The translations under genes and the position numbers were made by a program. A DNA stretch of 64,000 nucleotides, taken from assembly GCF_004010195.1 (NCBI RefSeq), contig NC_057756.1:1278672-1342671 (forward strand), given 5' to 3'. This document shows positions 63,935-64,000 of the stretch, in pieces (position 1 is the first letter of the stretch; the number at the start of each line of letters is the position of its first letter). Source of the stretch: Chiloscyllium plagiosum (lineage: Eukaryota). A model generated the notes under the pieces. The model saw only the letters and a program-made list of their open reading frames with translations. It searched no databases and was not told where the DNA came from.

Positions 63935-64000
63935 CTAGAAGATCAAATATTGCAATTGATTAAACTAAGGACACATTTCACATAGTGCATGAAACTTCGA

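Overview
Eukaryotic, repeat-rich genomic DNA. The repeat families (CR1-type LINEs with an esterase ORF1, tRNA-headed V-SINE/HE1-like SINEs, Penelope-like elements) suggest a cartilaginous fish such as a shark; this is an inference from repeat recognition, not a database result. One host gene is visible. It is the 3' part of a minus-strand B30.2 (PRY-SPRY) gene, probably butyrophilin-like, though a TRIM-type gene is not excluded. Its terminal exon lies at 18475-17952. Upstream I read by eye a chain of 14 candidate micro-exons of 24, 27 or 36 nt between 20592 and 63934, all AG/GT-bounded, phase-1 symmetric and too short for the ORF track. Spliced together they give 399 nt (133 codons) of stop-free coiled-coil-like sequence running into the B30.2 domain; the 5' end of the gene lies beyond the window. 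The rest of the window holds a degenerate 48-bp tandem array (about 1.1-11.3 kb) broken up by retroelements, one near full-length decayed CR1 and many CR1/L2-type fragments. It also holds SINEs and numerous short Penelope-derived insertions with 11-15 bp target-site duplications and minimal hammerhead-ribozyme motifs. Two of these insertions form hairpins that bracket the B30.2 exon. No prokaryotic features, rRNA, true tRNA or CRISPR array are supported.
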